A DNA stretch of 64,000 bases. Origin: Planctomycetota bacterium (lineage in GTDB: Bacteria; Planctomycetota; UBA1135; UBA2386). The stretch is taken from the NCBI GenBank assembly GCA_046290465.1, contig JBKAGP010000001.1:3456001-3520000 (forward strand), read 5' to 3'. Positions 1-8,980 of the stretch are shown piece after piece. Both the position numbers and the translations under genes were made by a program. The notes below the pieces were generated by a model that saw nothing but the letters and a program-made list of their open reading frames with translations, did no database searches and was not told the DNA's origin. Within the stretch, counting starts at the first letter, position 1. Every line of letters starts with the position of its first letter.

Positions 1-899
1 AGGCTCTCCTCCGGCAGCGCCGTGCCGACGTCGATGATCAGGTGCAGGCGGTGGTAGCCCGACGCGATCCGCTGGTCGTCCGTCGGCTCGTCGTAGAGGT
101 CGCCGGCGAGCTGGTAGCGCAGGAAGTCGTCGTACGGCAGGTTGTCGGCGAACGCGCGGATCACCCAGTCGCGATACGGCGACAGCTCGCGGTAGTGGTC
201 GTGGTGGATGCCGTTGGTGTCGGCGAAGCGCACCGCATCCAGCCAGTAGCGGGCCATGTGCTCGCCGAACTGCGCTCGCTGCAGCAGCCGGTCGACGAGC
301 CGTTCGTAGGCGTTGGGCGCACGGTCGTCGACGAACGCACGCACCTCGTCGCGCGTCGGCGGCAGGCCGGTCAGGTCGAACGTCACGCGCCGGATCAGCG
401 TGCGGCGGTCGGCCGGCTCGCTCGGACGCAGCCCCTGCTGCTCGAGCCGCGCATGCACCAGCCGGTCGATCGCCCGCTCCGACCACGGCCCGTCGCCCGC
501 CACCGGCACGGCCGCAGGCTGCGGCGCCTCGAACGCCCAATGCCGTTCGTGCCGCGCGCCGCCGTCGATCCACGCCCGCACGATCGCCCGCTCCGCGTCG
601 GTCCACGGCTGCTGGTGCGCCGACGGCGGCGGCATGCGGTCGTCGTCGTCGTCGCTGGTGATCCGCCGCCACAGCTCGCGCATCGACACGCCTTCGGTCG
701 CGCGGTCGAGGCGCAGGTCCGCCTTGCGCGCGCGCGCGTCGGGGCCGTGGCACGCAAAGCAACGGCGCGACAGCAGCGGCCGCACGTCGCGCTGGTAGTC
801 GACGGTCTGCTGCGCGGACGCGCGGCTCGCGATCGCGCAGACGATCATGCCGAGCGCGGCGAGCGCCAACGCCAGCCGTGGGGACGAGGGCCTGGTCAC
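1..899 (-). CDS. Planctomycete cytochrome C (PSCyt1) + DUF1549 (PSD1) domain protein; C-terminal part runs off the window
   Basis: Manual minus-strand translation from GTG at 899: signal-like N-terminus, then VDYQRDVRPLLSRRCFACHGPD (CxxCH), RMPP, HWAF, LIRRVTFDLTGLPP, FGEHMARYWLDAVRFADT, YRDWVIRAFADNLPYDDF. Absent from the ORF track because no stop lies in the window. Confidence 0.93.
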   Translation of the reverse strand, partial: MTRPSSPRLALALAALGMIVCAIASRASAQQTVDYQRDVRPLLSRRCFACHGPDARARKADLRLDRATEGVSMRELWRRITSDDDDDRMPPPSAHQQPWTDAERAIVRAWIDGGARHERHWAFEAPQPAAVPVAGDGPWSERAIDRLVHARLEQQGLRPSEPADRRTLIRRVTFDLTGLPPTRDEVRAFVDDRAPNAYERLVDRLLQRAQFGEHMARYWLDAVRFADTNGIHHDHYRELSPYRDWVIRAFADNLPYDDFLRYQLAGDLYDEPTDDQRIASGYHRLHLIIDVGTALPEES

Positions 900-1053
900 G
901 CCGGCACGATAGCGGATCGAGCGACGCGCGCCCGTACCGTTGCGGTCGCCCGCGCCATCGCGCTCCCACGCTCGCGACCTGGCATCCTTGCGACGCCGCC
1001 GCCCGCTGCGGCGAGTTGGTGCGGCGCTACTTCCCCGACGCTACGCTGCCGAC

Positions 1054-2325
1054 GTGAAGACCCTGACCGTCGCCGTCGTCGCCGCGCTGCATGCCTGCGG
1101 CGCCCTCGTTGCCCAGTCCGACGCCGACCGGCACGCGGCGGACCAGCACGGAGACCCGCTCGAGGCGGTGCGCACCTGGCTCGCCCGACCGGCCGCGCAG
1201 CGCGGCGAGCAGATCCCCGACGTGCGCCTGAGCGCGGACCAGGCCGAGCAGGTGGTCGGACTGGTGTTCGTCAAGCTGCGCGAAGAGGCGCGGGCGGCGC
1301 GCGCAGCCGAGCTGAAGCCGGTCGATGCCGAGCGCCGCCGGCCGACCAACCTGCTGACGGTCGAAGCCGCCGGCAAGCAGATGAAGGTCTACGAGCGCAC
1401 GTTCGGCAAGGCGCCGGAGCGCGGCCACAGCCTGTGGATCTCGATGCACGGCGGCGGCGGTGCCCCGGCGCGCGTCAACGACGGCCAGTGGCACAACCAG
1501 ATCGAGCTCTACCAGCCCGAAGAAGGCATCTACGTGGCGCCGCGCGCGCCGAGCAACACCTGGAACCTCTGGCACGAGGGCCACATCGACCCGCTGTTCG
1601 ATCGCCTGATCGAGAACTACGTCATCGACCGCGGCGTCGACCCCAATCGCGTCTACCTGATGGGCTACTCGGCCGGCGGCGACGGCGTCTACCAGCTCGC
1701 GCCGCGCATGGCCGACCGGTTCGCCGCCGCGTCGATGATGGCCGGCCACCCCAACGGCGTGCCGATGCTCGGCCTGCGCAACCTGCCGTTCATGATCTGG
1801 ATGGGCGCCAAGGACGGCGCCTACCAGCGCAACGAGCAGGCCGCCGCCTACGGCAAGAAGCTCGACGAGCTCGCTGCCAAGGACCCCGGCGGCTACGTGC
1901 ACGAGACCCACATCGTCGCGGGCAAGGGCCACTGGATGGATCGCGAGGACCGCAAGGCGGTGCCGTGGATGGCACGACACACCCGCGAACCATGGCCGAA
2001 GAAGGTCGTCTGGAAGCAGAGCGGCCGCCTGCACGAACGGTTCTACTGGCTCTCGCTGGCGGCCGGCGCGGCGAGGGACGGCCAGACGGTGCGCGCCGAG
2101 GTCGACGGCCAGCGCATCGTGCTCACCACCGAGAACGTCACCGGCCTGCGTCTGCGGCTACGCGACGCGCTGGTCGATCTCGACGAGCCACTGCGCATCG
2201 AGCTCGACGGCAAGCCGCTGCCGGCGGCGACGGTGCACCGCTCGGTGCGGGCGATCTACGAGTCGCTGCAGCAGCGGTTGGACCCGGCGACCGCGGCGAC
2301 GGCGGTGCTGCAGGTCCAGGACTAG
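1054..2325 (+). CDS. secreted alpha/beta hydrolase (esterase/peptidase-like)
   Basis: ORF 940..2325, likely GTG start at 1054 (signal peptide KTLTVAVVAALHACG); SMHGGGG oxyanion motif, GYSAGG nucleophile elbow, GxxD, GHW. Confidence 0.82.
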   Translation: MKTLTVAVVAALHACGALVAQSDADRHAADQHGDPLEAVRTWLARPAAQRGEQIPDVRLSADQAEQVVGLVFVKLREEARAARAAELKPVDAERRRPTNLLTVEAAGKQMKVYERTFGKAPERGHSLWISMHGGGGAPARVNDGQWHNQIELYQPEEGIYVAPRAPSNTWNLWHEGHIDPLFDRLIENYVIDRGVDPNRVYLMGYSAGGDGVYQLAPRMADRFAAASMMAGHPNGVPMLGLRNLPFMIWMGAKDGAYQRNEQAAAYGKKLDELAAKDPGGYVHETHIVAGKGHWMDREDRKAVPWMARHTREPWPKKVVWKQSGRLHERFYWLSLAAGAARDGQTVRAEVDGQRIVLTTENVTGLRLRLRDALVDLDEPLRIELDGKPLPAATVHRSVRAIYESLQQRLDPATAATAVLQVQD

Positions 2326-2419
2326 CAGCGGCGGACGCCGTTCTGGCAGGGCCGGCCGCGATGGGCCGGTCGCGAAGGGCCAACCGAGACAAGACAGCCG
2401 AGAAGCGACGACCCGCGAC

Positions 2420-2848
2420 CTACGTCCAGTCCTTCATCATCAGCCCGTCGCCGTCGCGGAAGTTGCCGCAGGCGAGGATGATCAGGTCGACCAGCACCCA
2501 GATGCCGGTCACGATCACGCCAACCAGCGTGAGCGTCAGCAACAGCATCACGATGCCCGAGCCGGTCCTGCCGGCGTAGAAGCGGTGGATGCCGAGCGGG
2601 CCGATGAACCACGCCAACAGGAACGCGACCAGCACCTTGCGCTCGCTGACGTTCTCGCGCTTGCCGGGCACGTTGACGACGCCGGAGATCGAGCGCAGCG
2701 GCACCCAGTCGGGCGTGCCCTCGACCCATGCCAGGTCGTTGCGGTCGAGCTGGTCGGACAGCAGCAGCTGGTTGACGTCGCTGAGCGAGTAGGGCCCGCA
2801 GTTCTCTTCGTCGTGACGAACGGTGATTCGGATCGATGGGTCGCTCAT
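2420..2848 (-). CDS. GYF_2 (DUF4339) + TM2 domain membrane protein
   Basis: GPYSLSDV...LAWVEGTPDWVPL (GYF_2-like), followed by KVLVAFLLAWFIGPLGIHRFYAGRTGSG (TM2). Confidence 0.88.
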   Translation of the reverse strand: MSDPSIRITVRHDEENCGPYSLSDVNQLLLSDQLDRNDLAWVEGTPDWVPLRSISGVVNVPGKRENVSERKVLVAFLLAWFIGPLGIHRFYAGRTGSGIVMLLLTLTLVGVIVTGIWVLVDLIILACGNFRDGDGLMMKDWT

Positions 2849-2903
2849 GGGAGGCGGCGGCTACGCGAACGTTCGGAGGTTATCCCGGATCGGGCGAGAC
2901 AGG

Positions 2904-4901
2904 CTACCGCGGCCAGGAGTTGTCCCCACGCGCGGCGTCCGGGAAACGGCCGCCCGGGTCGAGCACCAGCTGCTGCAGCTCGGCGAGCCGGCCCGGGATG
3001 CGAACCTCCTCGGTCCGGCTGCCGTCGAACCAGACGTCGACCGGACGCGTGAGCCGTCGGGGCTGCTCGTCCCCGGCAAACGTCACGTCGAGCACGATCG
3101 GCGACGGCATGCCGCCGTCCTGGCGCACCGTGACGACGATGTCGTCGCCATCCTGCCGCACGCCCTGGATCGAGCCGTCGACCGACTCGGTGGTCCACAG
3201 CCAGTAGTACCAGAACCAGCCGAGGTCCATCTCGAGGTAGTCGCTCATGAAGAACGCGAAGTCCCACGGGCACGGGTGCTTGAACAACCACGTGCGCGCG
3301 TATTCCTTCATGCCGGCCTGCACGCGATCGTCCCCGACGATGCCGCCGAGCATCGACAGCATCATCGGCGCCTTCATGTAGGTGACGAAGCCGTACTGAG
3401 GGCCGCCGTAGTTGGCGGTCCACATCATCGGCGCCTCGCGCTCGTCGAGCGCGCGCCGACCGTAGCTCTGCCCGCGACCGTCGAGGCCGGGCTCGCGGCC
3501 GCGACGATGCGCGCCCGACAGGATGTTCATGTAGCTGTTGAAGCCTTCGTCCATCCAGCCGTACATCGTCTCGTTGGTGCCGAGCATCATCGGCCACCAC
3601 TGGTGCGCCGCCTCGTGGTCGGCCGCGCCCTGGTTGGAGTTGATGACCATCGGGTACTCCATGCCGGCGCTCGGGCCGTCCTGCAGCGCCAGCTTGGGGA
3701 ACGCGTACGGGATCCACAGGTCGCTGTAGAACTCGAGGGCGTGCCGCGTGATCGCGCCGGCGTTGCGGAACATGCGCGCCCGCCGCGGCAGGTAGAACAT
3801 GTGGATCGGCACCGGCCCCTTCTGCGGGATCGTCGCGCGGGTCGCGGACCAGACGTAGTCGCGTGCGGTCGACCACGCGAAGTCGTTGACGAGGTCGGCG
3901 TGGAAGCGCCAGGTCAGCCGTTCGCCCGCGGCCGTGGCCTTGCCCGAGCCGCGCTCGTCCTCACCGACGATCACCCGCTCTTGGTCCGATCCGGTCACCT
4001 TGGCGAGGCGCTCCCGAACGGTCTCGCTGAGCACCTCGTCGGCGTTCTGCAGCGTGCCGGTGGCGCTGACCAGCCAGCCGCCGGGCACGTCGAGCGCGAC
4101 GTCGAAGCTGCCGAAGTTGTTGTAGAACTCGGACGGGCCGAGGTAGGGCGACGTCACCCAGCCGTGCAGGTCGTCGTACTTGCATAACCGCGGGAACCAC
4201 TGCGTCGGCTGGAACAGCGTGTCGTCCCAGCGCTGCGTCATGCGGTGGCCGCGGCCGCCGTCGCCGCCGGGCAGCCTGGTGTGCCAGTCGATCGCGACCC
4301 GGGCCTTGGCGCCGGCGGCGATCGGCTCGGCGAGGTGCACGGCTGCGACCGTGCGGTCGAGGCCGGAGACCGACGCACCGCCCGAGCCACCCGGCCGACC
4401 ACGTCGACCGCGCCGGCCGCGCGCGGCGAGATCGACCTCGCTGCCGTCGACCGCGATCCGCGTCACCACCATGCCGTCGGTGTTCTCCGCCGGCACCGAC
4501 GAACCGCGCGGCACCCCGAACCGGAACAGGTTGTGGTCGAGACGCAGGTAGAGCGTGCGCAGCGCGTCCGGGCTGTTGTTGTGCACGGTGATCGTCTCGC
4601 TGCCGTGCAGGGTCTGGGTCGCCGTGTCGAGCCGCGCCTCGATGTCGAAGTCGGTGCGCAGCTGCCAGTAGGCAGGGCCCGGGCGGCCGTTCAGCGCGCG
4701 CGCACCCGAAGCCAGGCCGCGGCGGATCGTGCGCGTCAACGGCACGTCGCGGCGGATCGCGCGGCTGTCACCCGGCAGGCCCGCGCGCAGGTGCGCCGGC
4801 GCCTCGGCGATCAGGTCCTGCACGTCGCGCTGGGCGACGAGGGCTGCGGACGGCGACACGAGCGAGGTCAGGACGACGAGGAAGGTCTGGTGGCGCAGCA
4901 T
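2904..4901 (-). CDS. M1 family zinc aminopeptidase, secreted
   Basis: AGMEYP exopeptidase motif, HEAAHQWW, WMDEGFNSY, YMKA; N-terminal signal peptide. Confidence 0.92.
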   Translation of the reverse strand: MLRHQTFLVVLTSLVSPSAALVAQRDVQDLIAEAPAHLRAGLPGDSRAIRRDVPLTRTIRRGLASGARALNGRPGPAYWQLRTDFDIEARLDTATQTLHGSETITVHNNSPDALRTLYLRLDHNLFRFGVPRGSSVPAENTDGMVVTRIAVDGSEVDLAARGRRGRRGRPGGSGGASVSGLDRTVAAVHLAEPIAAGAKARVAIDWHTRLPGGDGGRGHRMTQRWDDTLFQPTQWFPRLCKYDDLHGWVTSPYLGPSEFYNNFGSFDVALDVPGGWLVSATGTLQNADEVLSETVRERLAKVTGSDQERVIVGEDERGSGKATAAGERLTWRFHADLVNDFAWSTARDYVWSATRATIPQKGPVPIHMFYLPRRARMFRNAGAITRHALEFYSDLWIPYAFPKLALQDGPSAGMEYPMVINSNQGAADHEAAHQWWPMMLGTNETMYGWMDEGFNSYMNILSGAHRRGREPGLDGRGQSYGRRALDEREAPMMWTANYGGPQYGFVTYMKAPMMLSMLGGIVGDDRVQAGMKEYARTWLFKHPCPWDFAFFMSDYLEMDLGWFWYYWLWTTESVDGSIQGVRQDGDDIVVTVRQDGGMPSPIVLDVTFAGDEQPRRLTRPVDVWFDGSRTEEVRIPGRLAELQQLVLDPGGRFPDAARGDNSWPR

Positions 4902-5051
4902 GGATTCTCCGGGCGGTCACGATGGCCGATGGCAACGGCGCGCGCAAACCCACGAGCGGCCGACGACAGCACGGTTACAACTCGCGACCCTTGCGCGGCC
5001 ATCGACCCGGTCGATACTCGTCGGCGGCGCCGCCGGCGCTGCCCTGCGACG

Positions 5052-6296
5052 ATGAGCAAGCGCTTCCTGATCCTCGGCATGCAGCGCACCGGGACGACGT
5101 TCGTCGCGGCGTGCGCGGGTGGCCACCCACAGGCGTCGATGCTCGGCCCGGAGCTGCGGCAGGGATTCTTCGGCGTCGGCATGCAGGACTTCGTCGCCGG
5201 CCAGGGCACGTTCGCGAACGTGCGCGAGACGTTCCCGCGGCTGTTCGATGCCTTGACCGGCGCGGACCAGCGACCCGATACGCGCATCCAGGGCGCGAAG
5301 ACCGCGATCGTCACGCACGAGGAGGCGGTCGTGATCTGCGACTGCCTCGAGCAGTTCTTCCCCGACATCCTGGTGGTGCTGGTAACGCGCGCGGATCTGG
5401 TCGCCAGCTGCGGCTCGCAGCTGCGCGCCCGCAGGTCGGGCGTCTGGCACTCGTGGTCGGGCCGCAGCCCGACCGGCACGCTGCGGATCCCGCCGCGCAC
5501 GTTCCGTCGCTACGTGCGCGAGGCGCGCCTGATCGAACGGCGCTTCCGCGCGCTCGCCGCCACCCACCGGATGCTCGAACTGAGCTACGAACAGGACGTC
5601 TGCGGCGGGCGCGCGCACGAGCAGCTGTTCGCGTTCCTGGGACTCGACGTGGTCGAACCGAGCTGGGTCGGCATCCAGAAGCTCAACCCCGACGCCAACC
5701 GCTACATCCGCAACCACGACCGGCTGCAGCAGCTGCTGCGGCGCTGCCCCGTCGTCGATCCCGCCGAGGAGCAGGCCGCGGCGCAGGCCGTGCGCGCTCG
5801 TCTGGCCACGGACCAGTCGACCGCCTACCTGCTCGGCCGCGCCGCCGACCTGGCCGCCAGCGGGCACCTCGAGCGCGGCGTGCGCGACCTGCAGCTTGCC
5901 CTGCAACGTCGGGACGCCGCGCCGCAGACGTTCTTGATGGCCAAGGTGCACGCCGCGTTCGAGCATCCGGACGCCGCCGCGCATCCCGACACGCAGCCGC
6001 TGCTGGCGCACATCGAGGCCGGCTGTGGCGACAACCCGACGTTCTTGCTGCAGCGTGCCGGCGAGCGCGAACGTGCGGGTCGGCTGGACGACGCGCGCCA
6101 GGACCTGACGGCCGCGCTGCTCGGCGACCCGGACCGGCTCGGCGAGCGCGGCGCGCGCACCGGCCTGGAGGCGCTCGGTCGCGTGCTGCGGGCGCTCGAC
6201 GACGCGGAGCTGGCGGCGCGGGCGGCACGCGAACTCGCCGCGCGCCATCGCGAGCACCCGGCCTTCGCCGGGCTGCCCGGCGCCGACGCGATCTGA
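5052..6296 (+). CDS. sulfotransferase-family protein with C-terminal TPR-like helices
   Basis: ATG at 5052; FLILGMQRTGTT (PAPS-binding loop), LVTRADLVASCGS, LSYEQD; Ala/Leu-rich helical repeats in the C-terminal half. Confidence 0.75.
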   Translation: MSKRFLILGMQRTGTTFVAACAGGHPQASMLGPELRQGFFGVGMQDFVAGQGTFANVRETFPRLFDALTGADQRPDTRIQGAKTAIVTHEEAVVICDCLEQFFPDILVVLVTRADLVASCGSQLRARRSGVWHSWSGRSPTGTLRIPPRTFRRYVREARLIERRFRALAATHRMLELSYEQDVCGGRAHEQLFAFLGLDVVEPSWVGIQKLNPDANRYIRNHDRLQQLLRRCPVVDPAEEQAAAQAVRARLATDQSTAYLLGRAADLAASGHLERGVRDLQLALQRRDAAPQTFLMAKVHAAFEHPDAAAHPDTQPLLAHIEAGCGDNPTFLLQRAGERERAGRLDDARQDLTAALLGDPDRLGERGARTGLEALGRVLRALDDAELAARAARELAARHREHPAFAGLPGADAI

Positions 6297-6329
6297 GTCG
6301 ACGCCGGGGGCACAGGCGCGCGGGTCAGG

Positions 6330-7535
6330 TCACCGCTTCGAGCCGACGTAGCGCACGCCGTCGATGACCACGCCGAGGCAGTGGCTCGTGTATTCGAACG
6401 GATCGCCGTCGAACAACGCCAGATCCGCGTCCTTGCCGACCGCGAGCGAGCCGACCCGCTGGTCCACGCCGCACAGCCGCGCCGCGTCGATGGTCATCGC
6501 GCGCAACGCCCGCTCGTGCGCGAGGCCGTGCATCACCGAGATCGCGGTCTCCCACAGCACGACGCGCGTCTTCGGCACGTAGGCCTCGTAGCCGCTCTGC
6601 ATCGCGAACGGCACCTTCGCGTCCGCCAGCAGCCTGGCGAGCTCCATCGTGCCGTTCTCGAGGTCGCCGCGGCTGCGCGCCATCGCCGGGTGCGGCAACA
6701 CCCAGCAGCCGGCCTGCTCGATCCGCGGCAGCATCAGGTAGGCCTCGGCGGCGCCGTCGAGCACGACCTCGATGTCGAACTCCTCGGCCACGCGCAGCGC
6801 CGACGCGAGGTCGTGCGCGCGGTGCGCCGTCACCAGCAGCGGCACCTCCTTGGCCAACACCCTGGCCATCGTCTCGAGGCCGAGGTCGGTCGACGCGCGG
6901 TCGTCACGTTCGCGGCGCGCGGCGTAGGCCTTGGCCTCGAGCAGCTTCTCGCGCAGCATCGCCACCGACTTGGCGCGCGTGCCCGGCGCCTTGCCGTCGC
7001 GCGAACGGCCGCTGTCGGCGAGCGTCACCGCGACCATCGCCAGCGGACGCACGACGTCGGCGTCGACGCTGCGGCCGTGCGTCTTGACGACCATCGTCTG
7101 CCCGGAGATCAGCGCCCCCGGACCGTGGCCGGTGTGCATCGTCGTGACGCCGAGCCCGCGCACCCACTCGACCAGCGGATCGCGCGGGTGGTAGGCATCG
7201 AGCGCGCGCAGCTCCGGCTGCATTGGCGACGACTTCTCGAGCTGGTCCTGGTCGTGCGGCACGTTGAGCACGCCGGTCAGGCCGACGGTCGCGTGCGCGT
7301 CGATCAGCCCCGGGGTGACGACCTTGGCGCGCACCACCTCGAGCCCTTCGGGAACGTCGACCTTGCCGACCGCCTCGATCTTGCCGTCGCGCACGATCAC
7401 GACGCCGTTCTCGATCGGCTTGCCGGCCATCGTGTAGAGCGTCTCCGCCCGCACCGCGAACCGCTGCAGCGGCGTGTGGCCGGGCCCCTGCGGCGTCAGG
7501 CACGACACCGCCACCGTCATCGCGAGCGAGATCAT
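6330..7535 (-). CDS. amidohydrolase family protein (secreted)
   Basis: ATG at 7535 overlapping the upstream stop; VTPGLIDAHAT, AHRAHD, GSLAVGKDADLALFDGDP. Confidence 0.9.
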   Translation of the reverse strand: MISLAMTVAVSCLTPQGPGHTPLQRFAVRAETLYTMAGKPIENGVVIVRDGKIEAVGKVDVPEGLEVVRAKVVTPGLIDAHATVGLTGVLNVPHDQDQLEKSSPMQPELRALDAYHPRDPLVEWVRGLGVTTMHTGHGPGALISGQTMVVKTHGRSVDADVVRPLAMVAVTLADSGRSRDGKAPGTRAKSVAMLREKLLEAKAYAARRERDDRASTDLGLETMARVLAKEVPLLVTAHRAHDLASALRVAEEFDIEVVLDGAAEAYLMLPRIEQAGCWVLPHPAMARSRGDLENGTMELARLLADAKVPFAMQSGYEAYVPKTRVVLWETAISVMHGLAHERALRAMTIDAARLCGVDQRVGSLAVGKDADLALFDGDPFEYTSHCLGVVIDGVRYVGSKR

Positions 7536-8848
7536 TGGTTGCCCCCCTGCTGGCCGTAGCAGCACATCGAGATCGACTGGTCGTTGCTGGCGCCGTAGCC
7601 GCCGTTGGCGAGCAGCTTGTCGGCGGGATCGGCAAGGTCGAAGACCTTGCCGCCGTCGACAAAGGTCTGCAGCACGCGCGTGTAGACCGACAGCGGGTCG
7701 CCGCTGAGCAGCACGAAGTCGGCGTCCTTGCCGACCTCGAGCGTGCCCACCCGGTCCTGCATGTCGAGCATGCGTGCGTTGGCGATCGTCACCGCCTCGA
7801 GCGCCTTCTGCCGGTCCATGCCCGCACGCACCGCGATCGCCGCCGAACGCAGGAACAGGCGGCTGTCGGTGATGCCGTCGTCGGTGTGGAAGCCGACCAG
7901 CGCGCCGGCGCGGTCGAGGATCGCGCCGGTCTCGAGCGACAGGCGCGCGGCCTCGAGCTTGCCGCCGGGAGAGTCGATCACGATCACCGAGCACGGCGCC
8001 TTCGCGGCGGCGATCTCGTCGGCGACCATCCAGCCCTCGCTGACGTGGTGCAGCACGACCCGGAAGCCGAACTCCTTCTGCAGCCGCAGCACCGTCAGGA
8101 TGTCGTCCTGGCGGTGCGTGTGGTGGTGCACGACGCGCTTGCCGTCCATCGCCTCGAGCAGCGCCTCGTAGGCAAGGCTGCGGTCCGGCATCTTGGCCGG
8201 ATCGCCGGCGGCCGCCTCGATCCGCCGACGGTAGTCGCGCGCGCGGTGGAACTGCATGCGCACCAGCGCCGCCGCCTTGCCGCGCGTGCCCGGGAACGGC
8301 GTCTTCTTCTGCGGGTTGGTGCCGTTGGCCATCTTGATGCCGCCGGCGATCGAACCGTCGGCGTTGCGCACCGCCAGTTCCTCGACCGTGTTCACGTCGC
8401 GCAGCTTCAGGTAGATCGTCTGGCCCGACAGCAGGTGGCCGGACCCGGGCATCACGTTGACCGTGGTGATGCCGCCGGCCTGCGCCTTCTGGATGCCGGG
8501 GTCGCGCGGGTTGATCGCGTCGAGCGCGCGCACCTCGGGCTGGATCGGCCCGCTGCCGTCGGCACCCGACACCGAACCGATGTGCGAATGGCTGCAGACC
8601 AGGCCGGGCATCAGCGTCTTGCCGCGGGCGTCGACGACGACCGCTTCGGCAGGAACCCGTACGTCTTCGTTCGCACCGACCGCGACGATCTTGCCGCGGT
8701 GCACGACCAGCGTTCCGTCCGAGATCGCCGCGCCTGCACAGGTCTCGATGCGAGCCCCTACGAACGCCTGCGGAGTGTCCTGGGCCACGACCCCGGACAC
8801 GGTGAGACCGGAGAACACCGCCGGCCACAGCCATCGCCGAATCATCAT
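7532..8848 (-). CDS. amidohydrolase family protein (secreted)
   Basis: LMPGLVCSHSH, HHHTHRQDD, FHTDD, GTLEVGKDADFVLLSGDP; signal peptide. Confidence 0.92.
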   Translation of the reverse strand: MMIRRWLWPAVFSGLTVSGVVAQDTPQAFVGARIETCAGAAISDGTLVVHRGKIVAVGANEDVRVPAEAVVVDARGKTLMPGLVCSHSHIGSVSGADGSGPIQPEVRALDAINPRDPGIQKAQAGGITTVNVMPGSGHLLSGQTIYLKLRDVNTVEELAVRNADGSIAGGIKMANGTNPQKKTPFPGTRGKAAALVRMQFHRARDYRRRIEAAAGDPAKMPDRSLAYEALLEAMDGKRVVHHHTHRQDDILTVLRLQKEFGFRVVLHHVSEGWMVADEIAAAKAPCSVIVIDSPGGKLEAARLSLETGAILDRAGALVGFHTDDGITDSRLFLRSAAIAVRAGMDRQKALEAVTIANARMLDMQDRVGTLEVGKDADFVLLSGDPLSVYTRVLQTFVDGGKVFDLADPADKLLANGGYGASNDQSISMCCYGQQGGNQ

Positions 8849-8980
8849 CCCGACAGCCTACGGCTACCGACAAGGGCCCCTCAACAGCCAAGGGCGGAAC
8901 TGCCGATGCGACCGCTACCGCGAGGCGAACAGGACGCCGCGCAGAGAACCCCACCCAGGAGAGGTCTCATCGAGTCAGCC

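Noticed and set aside
42..2579. 845-aa plus-strand ORF
   Set aside because: Antisense shadow of the PSCyt1/DUF1549 gene joined to an off-frame reading of the hydrolase; Arg/Ala-rich with no motifs.
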